A stretch of 64,000 nt of DNA from Candidatus Marinacidobacterales bacterium (GCA_965226495.1 OZ245365.1:3680001-3744000), one strand, 5' to 3'; numbered from the stretch's first letter, positions 36,154-46,601 are shown. Notes: generated by a model not told the origin, from the sequence alone. Numbers and translations: made by a program.

Positions 36154-38457
36154 CTAGGCCAGCCCTCGGGCTTTCCGGTATCCCCATTCGGTCGCGACGA
36201 GCCCGACCACTAGCAGGAAGAGAATCGGCATATCCCACAAGTCCTTCTCTTCGAGAACGGAGGTGCCACCTTCGACGTAGCTCATATCCTCGGCGAGCTC
36301 CGCCACGTTATCGCTCGTGTAAAAGCGCCCGCCCGTTTCCTCCGCGATCCGCTCGAGGAGCGACGTATTCCTTTCCGCACCGAAGAACTCATCGGCGAGA
36401 TCGGTAGTCAGAATGTAGGACGAAGACTCGCCGAGAAGGTTCCCGGCTCGCCGAGCCTCCACTCGAATCTCGTGCAGCCCCTTCTCTTCCGGAAGAAAGC
36501 TGGCCCGGTACTGGCCGTCGGTTTCCACCGTCCACTCCATCTCCAGATCCAAAAGCTCGCCCGAAGGAGTCTTGATTTCAGCCACCACCTCCGCGTTGTT
36601 CACTTTGAGAAACCTGTCGTCATCGACCTCGGCGGTCAGCGTCACCGGCTCGAGAGGTGAGTAGCGATCCTTCTCGGTCGTTATTTCGACCGGGTCGGGA
36701 ACGTAGCTGACCAACCATCTCAGGAGCTTGCGCCATAGCGTCTCGTGGGTCATGTCCTCGAGTTCGATCTCGGCATGCATCTGCCACTGCCACGAGTCGT
36801 GGACGGTCAAAGCCAGCGCCTTGCCGCGCCCGTATCGTTGAAACGCGAGCACAACCTGGCGCTCCGACGTTTCCTTCTCGGTTCCGAGGAGCAACGTCGT
36901 GGCGCCCGGCTTGGTTTGCCGGACCGGATTCAATGTGGAAAGAGGCGGGAGCTTCTCCCACCGGGTGATACTCTCCTCCACGCCACCTGCGAACTGAGTC
37001 ACAGGGTGCGTTTTACCCACCGGCGTGGGCTCGACCGTCAACTCCGCGAAGTATGGCTCGCCCTCGTCTCCTTCGAGCTCTTCGAGCGCCACGGGAAGTA
37101 CTTCCGCCACCGGCGTGCCAGCATAGCCGCCCTCGGAAAAGGAGCGGCGACCGCCCAGCATAAGAAATCCACCTCCCCGCTGGCTTACGAAGTCGGCCAT
37201 CATCCGGAGTTGATCGTAGGTGAAATAGCTCGCCTCGACGCTTCCCAACACCAAACCTCGGTAGCGGAAGAGCTCCTCCCTCGTCTTGGGGAATCCCGAC
37301 GCGAGCTCCTCGCCGTCGCTCACGTCGAGACGTAAGTACTTGTTCTCGGCGGTTCGCTGTAGCACGACGACTTGAAGGTTCTTGTCTTCGGACACGGCTC
37401 GACGAATGAACTTCAACTCGAAACGGGGCTCCCCCTCGAAATACAAAATCTTCTCGCGGCGGTCCTCCACGATGATGAGGGCCTCCTGCTGGTTGTTCTG
37501 CGTGACCATTTCGCCCGGTAGCGGGTGGACCTTGAAACGGAACAGGCGAGGCCCCGCGTTCGATGCGGTGAAGTGCACGCGGACGGTTGAGACGTCGCCT
37601 TCGGACGCGAGCTCAACTTCCCGTGTGTTGACGATCCGACCGGAGTCCTCGACATCGAGCCGCACTCGAGACCCCGGGAAACCCCGCTGCGATATTGCCA
37701 CGTCGACCACTAACGACGAGCCCTTGAGCACCGAACGAGGAGCGTCGACGCGGGATAGCTCGATGTCCTTCGAGAACCGATCCCGACCAAGCCCCACGGT
37801 ATAGACAGGAACCGATCGGGCTTTGAGCGACAGCAACGTATCGCTGAGTACAGCGTCGGAGTTATCAGCGCCGTCACTAACTAGAACCAGACCGGCCAGT
37901 GGTACCGCAGCGAGCTCGTCAGAAGCCCTCTCCAAAGCCTGGCCGACATCGGTCTGCACTCCGGCGAAAGTGAGAGCGGACGCGCTGTCGACCCGCTCGG
38001 CATCGGACGAAAAACGGAAGAAACGGACCTTGAATTTTTCCGACAGTTCGGTGAGAAGCGGACTTCCCTCCGGACCGAACGTCGAATTCATGAACTCTGA
38101 GCGCGGGGCGCCGTCCTTGTCCGCGATCTGAATACTCCTAGAGTCGTCCAACAAGATGCCGACGAAGCTCTTGAGTGGCACCACGGTGGAAAGAACGAGA
38201 GCCGGCTGGCATAGACAAAAGAGGATGACCGCCAAGGCCGTGGCCCGTAAGAGCGTCAAGATGAGCCGGTCGCGTTGGCCGGTCTTTCCCCGCACGGTTC
38301 GGTACTTGAGGATGGTGGGCACCGCCACTGCCAAAATAACGAGAGCGACCAGGTAAGAAGGCCACGAAGCGGCCAGCGTCAGGCTTCCCTTCTCGAAAAC
38401 GACCGGCCGATACTTAAAGAGAAATTGAAAAACGGATTCGAATAGAGATGCCATCAT
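36154..38457 (-). CDS. Membrane-anchored VWA plus glutamine-amidotransferase-like domain protein
   Basis: N-terminal TMs, MIDAS DDSRS..TD..SDG, GGGFLMLGG, YGRGK, C-terminal TM ending EW.YRK.RGL. Confidence 0.83.
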   Translation of the reverse strand: MMASLFESVFQFLFKYRPVVFEKGSLTLAASWPSYLVALVILAVAVPTILKYRTVRGKTGQRDRLILTLLRATALAVILFCLCQPALVLSTVVPLKSFVGILLDDSRSIQIADKDGAPRSEFMNSTFGPEGSPLLTELSEKFKVRFFRFSSDAERVDSASALTFAGVQTDVGQALERASDELAAVPLAGLVLVSDGADNSDAVLSDTLLSLKARSVPVYTVGLGRDRFSKDIELSRVDAPRSVLKGSSLVVDVAISQRGFPGSRVRLDVEDSGRIVNTREVELASEGDVSTVRVHFTASNAGPRLFRFKVHPLPGEMVTQNNQQEALIIVEDRREKILYFEGEPRFELKFIRRAVSEDKNLQVVVLQRTAENKYLRLDVSDGEELASGFPKTREELFRYRGLVLGSVEASYFTYDQLRMMADFVSQRGGGFLMLGGRRSFSEGGYAGTPVAEVLPVALEELEGDEGEPYFAELTVEPTPVGKTHPVTQFAGGVEESITRWEKLPPLSTLNPVRQTKPGATTLLLGTEKETSERQVVLAFQRYGRGKALALTVHDSWQWQMHAEIELEDMTHETLWRKLLRWLVSYVPDPVEITTEKDRYSPLEPVTLTAEVDDDRFLKVNNAEVVAEIKTPSGELLDLEMEWTVETDGQYRASFLPEEKGLHEIRVEARRAGNLLGESSSYILTTDLADEFFGAERNTSLLERIAEETGGRFYTSDNVAELAEDMSYVEGGTSVLEEKDLWDMPILFLLVVGLVATEWGYRKARGLA

Positions 38458-38461
38458 TCCA

Positions 38462-39334
38462 TCAGTGGCTCATACCGTAGATGATGAAGTTCACACCCAT
38501 TTGGTACGCGTAAGTCGAAAATCTCAGTGGGTAGTACGGGTTCTCCGCCCACTCCCAGGCATCACCGAGGTCGGTGTTCCAGTTAATCACGACCATCAGA
38601 CGACCCTGGTCATCGAAAATCCCTCGGAGCACGGGCGTGTACCCGTCTTTTTCCCACGTCGGTCCCCCCGCAATCCCTTGGCCGACGTTGGGCACCTGAA
38701 CAATTTCGTGGACGTTGTAGAAACAGCTGAACACCGGATGGTCCCGAGGAATATCCATGGCCTTCCGTCCGGGAAGTATTCGCTCGAACTCCAACTCGAA
38801 GTTCTCCCACTCGAAGCTGCCCCAGAAATCATCTATGACCCAAAAACCACCCGCGAGCAAGTACCGTCGGAGACCTAGGACCTCCAACTCAGACAACGCC
38901 ATGTAGCCTACTTCAACGGCGTAGAGGAAAGGATAGCGTCCCAAATTGGGGTCTGTCAGCTGGATGGGGTTCTCGGCTTCGTACGCGTCAAGGTTGGTGA
39001 GCCGTCGAAGACCGATGAGGAACTGGCGGTCCGCCTTCGGGAAGTCCACGCTCCAGCTGCTGAAGTTTCGAAACCCGTAGCCGGTGTACGCGGCACGCGT
39101 GAAGTAGAACTCACGCGGGTACTCGGGATGCCGAATCGAGGGGAGAACGAGCTCGGCGTCGAGAAAACCGGCAGTCGGAGACGCTTCTACCGGAGATTGT
39201 TTGGTAGGGGCTTCGGTTGCCATCACCCATGACGCAGGGAGCGAAGTCGCTGGCTGTAGTGCAAGGATGGCCAGGGGCGCTCCAAACACACCGAGGGTCA
39301 GAATCCCAACGGAGGCTAGCGTTTCGGGCCGCAT
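38462..39334 (-). CDS. Exported DUF4159-like protein (paralog of 31594-32352)
   Basis: WSVDFP, YAVEVG, GGFWVIDDF, HPVF, DLGDAWEW, GVNFIIYGMSH. Confidence 0.82.
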   Translation of the reverse strand: MRPETLASVGILTLGVFGAPLAILALQPATSLPASWVMATEAPTKQSPVEASPTAGFLDAELVLPSIRHPEYPREFYFTRAAYTGYGFRNFSSWSVDFPKADRQFLIGLRRLTNLDAYEAENPIQLTDPNLGRYPFLYAVEVGYMALSELEVLGLRRYLLAGGFWVIDDFWGSFEWENFELEFERILPGRKAMDIPRDHPVFSCFYNVHEIVQVPNVGQGIAGGPTWEKDGYTPVLRGIFDDQGRLMVVINWNTDLGDAWEWAENPYYPLRFSTYAYQMGVNFIIYGMSH

Positions 39335-39741
39335 TTAGGAACTCCCTGTCAATAATAATCGGGATAATAGCGGTCGCGACGTCGAGACAGGTCTTAGACC
39401 CACTCGTCAATGCTTTCCACGAAGAATGACGGCAACAAAGATGCCAGTAGCATGGCCTGCCAGCCCTTCCTGGTGCGGCTCCCAGCCCCCATAAAGCCTA
39501 CAAATTGTGGGTCTACCTAGGTTTATTATAACCCGACGGACTCCTTTCTCATAATACGGGGTCGCTCGACTCCGGACTGGGGGGCCTCCCTCACAGTCGC
39601 GCGAAATACTCTCCAGCACCAAAAACGGCCCTGGAGGGTCTCCCGCGAAGGGGGCAGCAAAACAGGTGCTAGCAGTCGTTCGGTTTCTTGCCTATGATTG
39701 CAGGCAACTTAATGACGACTCGCTTAACAGGAGGCTATCTC

Positions 39742-40817
39742 ATGTCCTATCCGGCCAGCCCATATGCTATTTCTATCGCTCTCATCGTTTTCTTATCGGC
39801 CATGACAGCATGTTCGCCGCCGGAGCCCCAGGAGCCCGTTGAGAAATCACCTCTGGAATCGACGGAGGGGGACGAGGCCACGATTCCCTCCCCCCCCGCG
39901 GGCTTCGACGCGGTCCCGGTCCCCGAAGACAACCCGTCACCGTGGAAAAAGTTGCCTTGGGCCAGCAGCTCTTCTTCGATAAAAGGCTCTCGGCCGATGG
40001 CACTCGATCTTGCTACTCCTGTCATGTGTGCGAGAACGGCCTAACGGATGGGAAACCAGTCGCGGAGGGCGCGCTCGGCAAGGTACTTACGCGAAGCAGC
40101 CCCTCTTTGTGGAACGTCGGTTACCAGTCCGAGTTCTACTGGGATGGGCGAAGCCCATCACTCGAGCGACAGGCCATGGCTGCCTGGACCGGCGGCAACA
40201 TGGGCGCGAACGCCGAAGAAGTCGTGGGGGCACTGAACGAGATGGACGGATACCGCGTCCAGTTCCAAGAAGTTTTCGGCGAGGACGCCACTCCTGACAA
40301 TGTGGTCGCCGCGATCTCCGCCTACGAGCGGGTCAGCCTCTTTTGCGGAGAGACGGCCTACGATCTCTGGCGTGGCGGTGATGAGACCGCAGTGAGCGAG
40401 GGTGCAAAGAAAGGCGCCGAACTCTTCGTCGGCAAGGCCGGTTGCGGGAACTGTCATTCCGGCGTGCTCTTTTCGGATATGAAGTACCACAACGTCGGGA
40501 TCGGAATGGATGCAGAGAAGCCCGATGTCGCACGAGCCAAGGTGACCGGAGACGATGCCCACACCGGCGCCTTCAAGACCCCCAGCTTGAGGGACATCAA
40601 CCGGAGCGCGCCCTACTTTCACAACGGCAGCGCTGCCACCCTCGAGGAAGCGGTGGACATTATGCTCGGCGGGGGGATCGATAATCCCTACATCGACTCC
40701 GAGAATCTAAAAAAAGTAGAGCTCACCGCGGAAGAGAGGGTGAACCTAATCGAGTTCTTGAAGGCCCTGGACTGTCCCTGCGATTTGACCGCGCCGGAGC
40801 TTCCGTCGGAGGACTAA
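39742..40817 (+). CDS. Di-heme cytochrome c peroxidase (CcpA/MauG family) lipoprotein; one base missing near 39934
   Basis: Lipobox AMTAC; CYSCH and CGNCH; LFFDKRLS, WDGR, FKTPSLR, APYFHNG. Adding one C to CCC (39933-39935) joins the two ORFs as EDNPVTVEKVALG. Confidence 0.85.
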
Positions 40818-41125
40818 GTCTCTGGGATCCAGCGATGATCGACGACGAAGGAAAACTCCGGCTTCAATTTGCGGATGAGGACCTCCGCCGCGAGGGACCG
40901 CGCACAACCTCGAGCTAAGAGCTCCTCGGCCGAGCCGCCCTCCGTGGCAGCTAGCTCGTCCGCAACTTCGATCGCGCGGGGGGTTAGCTTGAGGGTTCCC
41001 TCGACCGGCTGCTCTCCTTGACTTCCCACCGCGGCCGAATAAAGCTTGAACTTCTCGTCTTCAGTGTCGGCAGGTCGTATATCCGCCTGATACTCTTCTT
41101 CACGAACTTTGAAGCTTGCTCTCAT
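40814..41125 (-). CDS. Hypothetical protein (103 aa)
   Basis: ATG 5 nt after the VWA gene stop; protein-like composition; no recognised motif. Confidence 0.6.
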   Translation of the reverse strand: MRASFKVREEEYQADIRPADTEDEKFKLYSAAVGSQGEQPVEGTLKLTPRAIEVADELAATEGGSAEELLARGCARSLAAEVLIRKLKPEFSFVVDHRWIPET

Positions 41126-41130
41126 GTCTT

Positions 41131-42075
41131 TTAGCGCTCCTCGTCCAGCACGTCGAGAGGACCCGTGTAGCCTTGTCGGGCTCTGACCTTTGTTCCCTTG
41201 TGTTTAACCTCTACTTTGATCTTACGATAGTTGCCGTCCCTCTTGGTATTGGTGGAGACATAGCCCAGCGTATACTGGCTGAATAGCTCCTCCAAAATAC
41301 GATCATAAAACTCGTCGATCTGCTCCAGCGATGTCGCTACAGCATAGGAGCCCCCGGTCAGCTTCGAAATTTGACGGAGGAACTTTCCCTGGGTGAAAAG
41401 GCGCGACGGGTTTTGTCGCGGTCCACCGAAATGAATAGTATGGATGGTAACCGAGGAATCCTTCACCATGTGCAAAATGTCCCCGATTCCGAGCGTGCTG
41501 CGCGAGTCGACTCCATCACTAAAGACGATGAGTGTTTTCTTCCCGTCGTAGTGATAAACGCGATCGAGGACCGTGCCGACGGCATCGTAGAGTGCCGTCC
41601 AACCTTCCGCCTCCATATCGTAGACCCGCTCGGCGATCTGCCGCTGATCGTCTGAAGAGTACTCGGAAAGACGGATGTTCTCGTCGAAATCGAGGAAGAG
41701 TAAATGCTCGGTGGCGGGAATGTTATCGAGAAATTTGAGCGCCGCCGATTGCACCAGGTCCATCTCGTCGTCCATGCTTCCGCTTGCATCCATGATCAGG
41801 CCCATCACCTGCTTGCCCGACATCGCCTCTTTCATTTCCGGCGACATCCCGACCCACGAACCCTTCAGACCCGCCGCGAAAAGGCTGACCTGTTGTTCGA
41901 CCCCATCTTCGTAGACCATGAATAGACTGGGGTCGAGATCGTGGACGAAGTTTCCGTCTTGGTCAGTAACCGCGACCGGCACCGACACCATGTCGACTCG
42001 AGCTTCGAAGCGAAGGGGTTTCTGAGCGGTAAGAAGTAGAGCGGAGCTAATTAATAGGAAAGTTTTCCGATACAT
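41131..42075 (-). CDS. Exported VWA domain protein (acidobacterial type)
   Basis: Signal peptide, VPVAVTD..G.FV..L...F.VYEDG, DASGSM, TALYDAV, SDG, QYTLGY, VRARQGY. Confidence 0.9.
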   Translation of the reverse strand: MYRKTFLLISSALLLTAQKPLRFEARVDMVSVPVAVTDQDGNFVHDLDPSLFMVYEDGVEQQVSLFAAGLKGSWVGMSPEMKEAMSGKQVMGLIMDASGSMDDEMDLVQSAALKFLDNIPATEHLLFLDFDENIRLSEYSSDDQRQIAERVYDMEAEGWTALYDAVGTVLDRVYHYDGKKTLIVFSDGVDSRSTLGIGDILHMVKDSSVTIHTIHFGGPRQNPSRLFTQGKFLRQISKLTGGSYAVATSLEQIDEFYDRILEELFSQYTLGYVSTNTKRDGNYRKIKVEVKHKGTKVRARQGYTGPLDVLDEER

Positions 42076-42209
42076 CGAGCGTCCAAACTGTCCGGGCCGA
42101 AGAGATGAAACCGTAGCACGACTCGCAACAAAGGGTCAATTCGACGGAATTCTCTTTTCCAGCCGCTCACACTGTTCAAGTTGCGCGGGCGTCCTGCCGC
42201 GATCGATTG

Positions 42210-42257
42210 CGCCGTCTGGCTAACTTGATAGTAGCAACCAGATATTTTGGCGGCCAG
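42210..42257. repeat. Dispersed repeat (family B), second copy at 56304-56351
   Basis: CGCCGyCTGGCTA, AGCAACC and TATTTTGGCGGCCAG occur in the same order at both sites (15-bp exact block). Confidence 0.6.
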
Positions 42258-42327
42258 AACGTAGTAAGTAACGCTCACTGGACGCCAAGCAGGATCCGAA
42301 AGACTCCTCATCACCTCACACCGGACC

Positions 42328-42962
42328 CTAGGCGGGCCCCTCGGGCTCCAGACCGAGGACGCTGGTCTGAGGTACCAGCGTTTGATCTTCGATGCGGTCA
42401 GCTAGAATTCGTCGCGCCTGACCGTAGTAGTCACCGGGGACGCGAAGAAAATCGTAACCCTGGCGAAGAAACCGATCTTCGCCGCGGAGGCCGAGGACGA
42501 TCTCCGGCCTTTCCGAAGAAAATCGTAACCCTGGCGAAGAAACCGATCTTCGCCGCGGAGGCCGAGGACGATCTCCGGCCTTTCCCGCCAGCCATGCCAG
42601 CGAATCTCCTGATAAGGGAGGAAGCGACGCTCTGCCCAGATGCCGGAGGCATAGAAACCTCTTCGGATCCGAAAACTCATCGGAAAGACGACGGTGTAAA
42701 AAACAGCCATAAGTCCTTGCGCGACGGTGTGAAGAGCGGGCCGGTGCAAGATGAAGCCACTGAAGAAGGTCATGGCGATCATGAAGAATCCGATCCCTAG
42801 GCAAAGGCCGAGAAACCAAGGGCGAGGCGTTTCCCACGAAAGAATGGAACTCGGTGCCAGACTCCGGAACTGACGATACTTGACCAAGATGGAGAAGTTC
42901 CACACCGAGAAGACGACGGCCAGCCCTGCGAAAGCCAACCCCAGCAGATCATCCATGTTCAT
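42328..42962 (-). pseudogene. Small membrane protein disrupted by a 71-bp tandem duplication
   Basis: Removing one repeat copy joins ORF 42402-42962 (three TMs) to the C-terminus of ORF 42328-42903 (...YDFLRVPGDYYGQARRILADRI). Confidence 0.7.
42443..42584. repeat. Exact 2 x 71-bp tandem duplication
   Basis: 42443-42513 is identical to 42514-42584. Confidence 0.95.
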
Positions 42963-43046
42963 TCCGACCTAGCCCCCGAGCCGAAAACAATCACGAAACG
43001 CAAATCGGTCTCGACAACAGGACTCGGAGACCCGAGAGAAGTCCCA

Positions 43047-44555
43047 TCAATCGAACTCACGAGGGCCCCAGTCTTCTTGTACTCGAGCCCCGTCGTCTCC
43101 GCCGCCGATTCCCGGTTCGGAACGAGCACCCTCGAGCCCGCCGGGCCGCCTCGAAGGGAGCCCTCCCACGAAGGGCCGGACGAACAACCGAGATGTGTCC
43201 CGCTCACCGTGCGCGGCGAGCGCTGCGGATTCCAGGCGGGCGCCACCCGGCAGGGACCGCCCTGCGAACTCGAAAAGCCCCAATCGGGGCTTATCCGGTC
43301 GCACGGTAAAGATCGTCAGGCCCGCCTGATCCGCCCAGCGAAGATCGTTCTCCAACGAGTGGCGGACTGCCGCTGCCGCTAGCTTCGCCGGGATCGCCGT
43401 TTCGTCCGGACTTCCCGCGGGAGAGCCGCTGACATAGATCACCTGCTCGGCCCCCGCGGACATTGCATCGGCGATCGTCGAGTGACCGGTAAGGAGACTA
43501 GACGAAAATTGATGAACTTCACCGGCGTGCCTGCCGACCAACGGCAGTCTCAGGGGAACACCAGGAGCGAGACCGGGCGGAGAGACCGCGGCGGTGAGGG
43601 CGTCGAACAACAGCGGACCCGACTCGCCGGCGAGACTGACCGGCTCCGCGACGAGAGCACCCGAGCCAGGGCCCCGCGCCGCCATTCGATTCAGCCAACG
43701 ATCCTTAAGCAGCACGAACGGAACCTCTTGGCCGCTGTCCATGTCCAAAGCGTAGAAGATGAGCTCACTAAAACCTGGCTGCCCGAGGCTCGCAGAAAGG
43801 ATATCCCGGTAGCAATTCCCTATGTCGGCGATCTCGGGTGGGTGTGTTTCGGTAGAAGCCCCCCGAACCGCCTCCCAAAGCGTCCGTCGGAGCGCATGCG
43901 TGAACGGTGATATCTGGACGAGGCCATCGCCCAGGAAACGGGCGATGCCTCCGTCGCGGGCCTCGCGAGCCCTCCCGCGAAACAACCCAGGTAGCAGCCA
44001 ACCGACTAAGAGCACCGCGAAAAGGATCGCTATGGGAAACGCCATCGCCCGGAGGTAGATGGGATCGAGCGCGGCGGAAAAAGCCGTGATGTGCTCCTGA
44101 ATCCCGCCGAACAAGGAAGCCATGGCCGCCGGCGCAACGATGCGTGCCGCGGCGATGAAGGGGAGGGCCAGCAAGAGCAACACCGCAAGCAGGGCCGGCG
44201 AAACGAAAACTGCAAATGCCGCAGTAAGACAAATTGTAGCTAAGCGGTACGGTGTACGAAGCCGCCAGGCTCCACTGTCTTGGATCGACGAGAAAAGACC
44301 TCCCTCACCGAGTAGTTTGTTCGAAGACTGGATGGCGCCAAACGCTGCCACCAAGGCTCCGACACCCCTGCCCAGAATCAAGTCGATGCGCACCCCAGCC
44401 TGTTCGAGAGCCTTGAGGGCCCCTGCCAGATAGGCAGCCGAGGTTCCTTCACCGATCAAAACCAATGCGGTGCGGCGGGAGGGGTTATAGGAATGGATTC
44501 CGCCGCCCGCGCCGGCAGATGAGGGGAGGTGACTCTCCGGGAGCTCACCAGTCAT
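43047..44555 (-). CDS. Patatin-like protein with degenerate catalytic motifs and a TM insertion
   Basis: ALVLIGEGTSAAYLAGALKAL..G...D..LGRGVGA follows the patatin N-terminal pattern but GxSxG reads GRGVG and no DGG is present. Confidence 0.7.
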   Translation of the reverse strand: MTGELPESHLPSSAGAGGGIHSYNPSRRTALVLIGEGTSAAYLAGALKALEQAGVRIDLILGRGVGALVAAFGAIQSSNKLLGEGGLFSSIQDSGAWRLRTPYRLATICLTAAFAVFVSPALLAVLLLLALPFIAAARIVAPAAMASLFGGIQEHITAFSAALDPIYLRAMAFPIAILFAVLLVGWLLPGLFRGRAREARDGGIARFLGDGLVQISPFTHALRRTLWEAVRGASTETHPPEIADIGNCYRDILSASLGQPGFSELIFYALDMDSGQEVPFVLLKDRWLNRMAARGPGSGALVAEPVSLAGESGPLLFDALTAAVSPPGLAPGVPLRLPLVGRHAGEVHQFSSSLLTGHSTIADAMSAGAEQVIYVSGSPAGSPDETAIPAKLAAAAVRHSLENDLRWADQAGLTIFTVRPDKPRLGLFEFAGRSLPGGARLESAALAAHGERDTSRLFVRPFVGGLPSRRPGGLEGARSEPGIGGGDDGARVQEDWGPREFD

Positions 44556-44642
44556 CGACACATCATATCCTAGGCGCCCCTGACCCGCGATTGTTCACAG
44601 TTCTAAATGAGGCGTCTACCCAGCTGCGTTAAACTAAGGCCC

Positions 44643-46601
44643 ATGGCGGACAACGTACAGCAATTATTAAAGGAGCGACTCGCGGAAGGCGTGAAAACCC
44701 TCTTCGGAGTCGATCTTCAGGACATCATCGTAGAAACTCCTCCACAAGCGGAGCTCGGCGACCTAGCCTTCACCGTCGCGTTCGACTTAGCCCGCAAGGC
44801 CCGGAAAGCGCCCCGAAAAATAGCCGAGGACTTGGCTCCCGTACTTCGGGAGACGGAAGGGGTCGAGCACGTCGACATCGCCGGGGCTGGATATTTGAAC
44901 GTTTTCTTGGCACGGAGTCCGTACCTGGAGGCGTACTGTCGCGGATCGGATATTCATGGGACACCAAAGTCCGGCAAAGTCATCGTCGAGCACACCAATA
45001 TCAACCCCAACAAGGCGGCTCACATCGGCCATCTTCGCAACGCTGCGCTCGGAGACACCTTCGTTCGTGTGCTTCGATTCTGTCGCGAGACGGTTGAGGT
45101 GCAAAACTACATCGATGATACCGGGGTCCAGGTAGCCGACGTCGTAGTCGGTTTCCTGGAGCTCGAGAAAAAAGGCCTTAAAGAGGTCCGGGCCCTCGCA
45201 GAACAGGACCGGTTCGACTACTACTGCTGGGACCTTTACGCCAGAGTGACCGAGTACTTCGCCGCCGATCCAGTTCTCGCCGCCCGTCGCGAGACGACCC
45301 TCAAGGCGATCGAAGCGGGAACCCAGCCCGAGGCAGCGATGGGTCGTGAGATCGCCGCCCGCATTGCAAACCGTCACCTCCAGACGATGGAGCGAATCAG
45401 TGTTCGCTACGATCTGATGCCTTGGGAGGGTGACATTCTTCGCCTGCACTTCTGGGACCACGCGTTCGCGCTATTGAAAGATAAACGCGCGGTACGGCTC
45501 TCCGAAAACGGCAAGAATGCCGGCTGTTGGGTCATGGATTTGCCCGAGGAGACAGACGGCGGTGCGTCAGAAGAAAAAGTGATCGTGCGCTCCAACGGTA
45601 CGGTGACCTACGTGGGAAAAGACATCGCATACCAGCTTTGGAAGCTAGGGCAATTGGATCTCGATTTCGGTTACCATCGTTTCTATACCTACCCGAAAGG
45701 GGAAACGGTCTGGTCGACCACCTCGGAACCGAGCGAGCCAGGGGCTCCCCACTTCGGCAATGGAACCAAAGTCTACAACGTCATCGACACCCGGCAGTCA
45801 TACCTGCAAAAGATCGTGCAGTACGGTGTCTCGCTGATTGGCTCAGAAGAGACGCAAGGCCGGTCACACCATTTTTCCTACGAAATGGTCGCCCTCACTC
45901 CAGCCACCTGCCGCGAACTGGGTTTCGAGGTCAGCGAGGAGGAGGCCAAGAAGCCATACGTCGAAGTCTCGGGACGTAAGGGACTCGGTGTCAAGGCCGA
46001 CGATTTGATCGACGTGCTCGAAGAGAAAGCGCTCGGCGAGGTGGCGGAGCGAAACCCTGAGCTCTCCGAAGAGGAACAGACCGCGCTAGCACAGACCATT
46101 GCGCGTGGTGCACTGCGCTATTTCATGATCAAGTTCACTAAGAACAAAGTCATTGCCTTCGATTTCTCTGAGGCGCTTGCCTTCGAGGGCGACACCGGAC
46201 CTTACCTCCAATACGCGATGGTTCGAGCTAACAAAATCATCCACAAGATGGGTCTCGAAACCGAACTTGGTCCTCTCACTCTCCCCACAGAGCTGATGGA
46301 CGGCAAGGGCTGGAAAGAGCTACCGAAGGAAGAGGCCAACGAGCTGTGGTCCCTAGCGTTCGCATCGACCGCGCTCCCGCAAGTAGCGGAACAAGTGACG
46401 CACGCCGAAGAACCCGCCCTGCTCGCGAGATTCGCTTTCCAACTAGCTCAAAAATTCAACGCCTTCTACCACCGCTATCCCATCCTTAGAGAGACCGACC
46501 CCACGAAGAAAGCCATGCGCCTTTTTGTCGTTCAGATTTTCCGACGACAGATGGCCGCCGCGCTGGAGTTATTGGGGGTCGCGGTACCGGCGCGAATGTA
46601 A
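44643..46601 (+). CDS. argS: Arginine--tRNA ligase
   Basis: GAGYLN, VEHTNINPNKAAHIGHLRNA, RSNGTVTY, VSGRKG, FEGDTGPYLQY, FNAFYH, terminal PARM. Confidence 0.96.
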   Translation: MADNVQQLLKERLAEGVKTLFGVDLQDIIVETPPQAELGDLAFTVAFDLARKARKAPRKIAEDLAPVLRETEGVEHVDIAGAGYLNVFLARSPYLEAYCRGSDIHGTPKSGKVIVEHTNINPNKAAHIGHLRNAALGDTFVRVLRFCRETVEVQNYIDDTGVQVADVVVGFLELEKKGLKEVRALAEQDRFDYYCWDLYARVTEYFAADPVLAARRETTLKAIEAGTQPEAAMGREIAARIANRHLQTMERISVRYDLMPWEGDILRLHFWDHAFALLKDKRAVRLSENGKNAGCWVMDLPEETDGGASEEKVIVRSNGTVTYVGKDIAYQLWKLGQLDLDFGYHRFYTYPKGETVWSTTSEPSEPGAPHFGNGTKVYNVIDTRQSYLQKIVQYGVSLIGSEETQGRSHHFSYEMVALTPATCRELGFEVSEEEAKKPYVEVSGRKGLGVKADDLIDVLEEKALGEVAERNPELSEEEQTALAQTIARGALRYFMIKFTKNKVIAFDFSEALAFEGDTGPYLQYAMVRANKIIHKMGLETELGPLTLPTELMDGKGWKELPKEEANELWSLAFASTALPQVAEQVTHAEEPALLARFAFQLAQKFNAFYHRYPILRETDPTKKAMRLFVVQIFRRQMAAALELLGVAVPARM

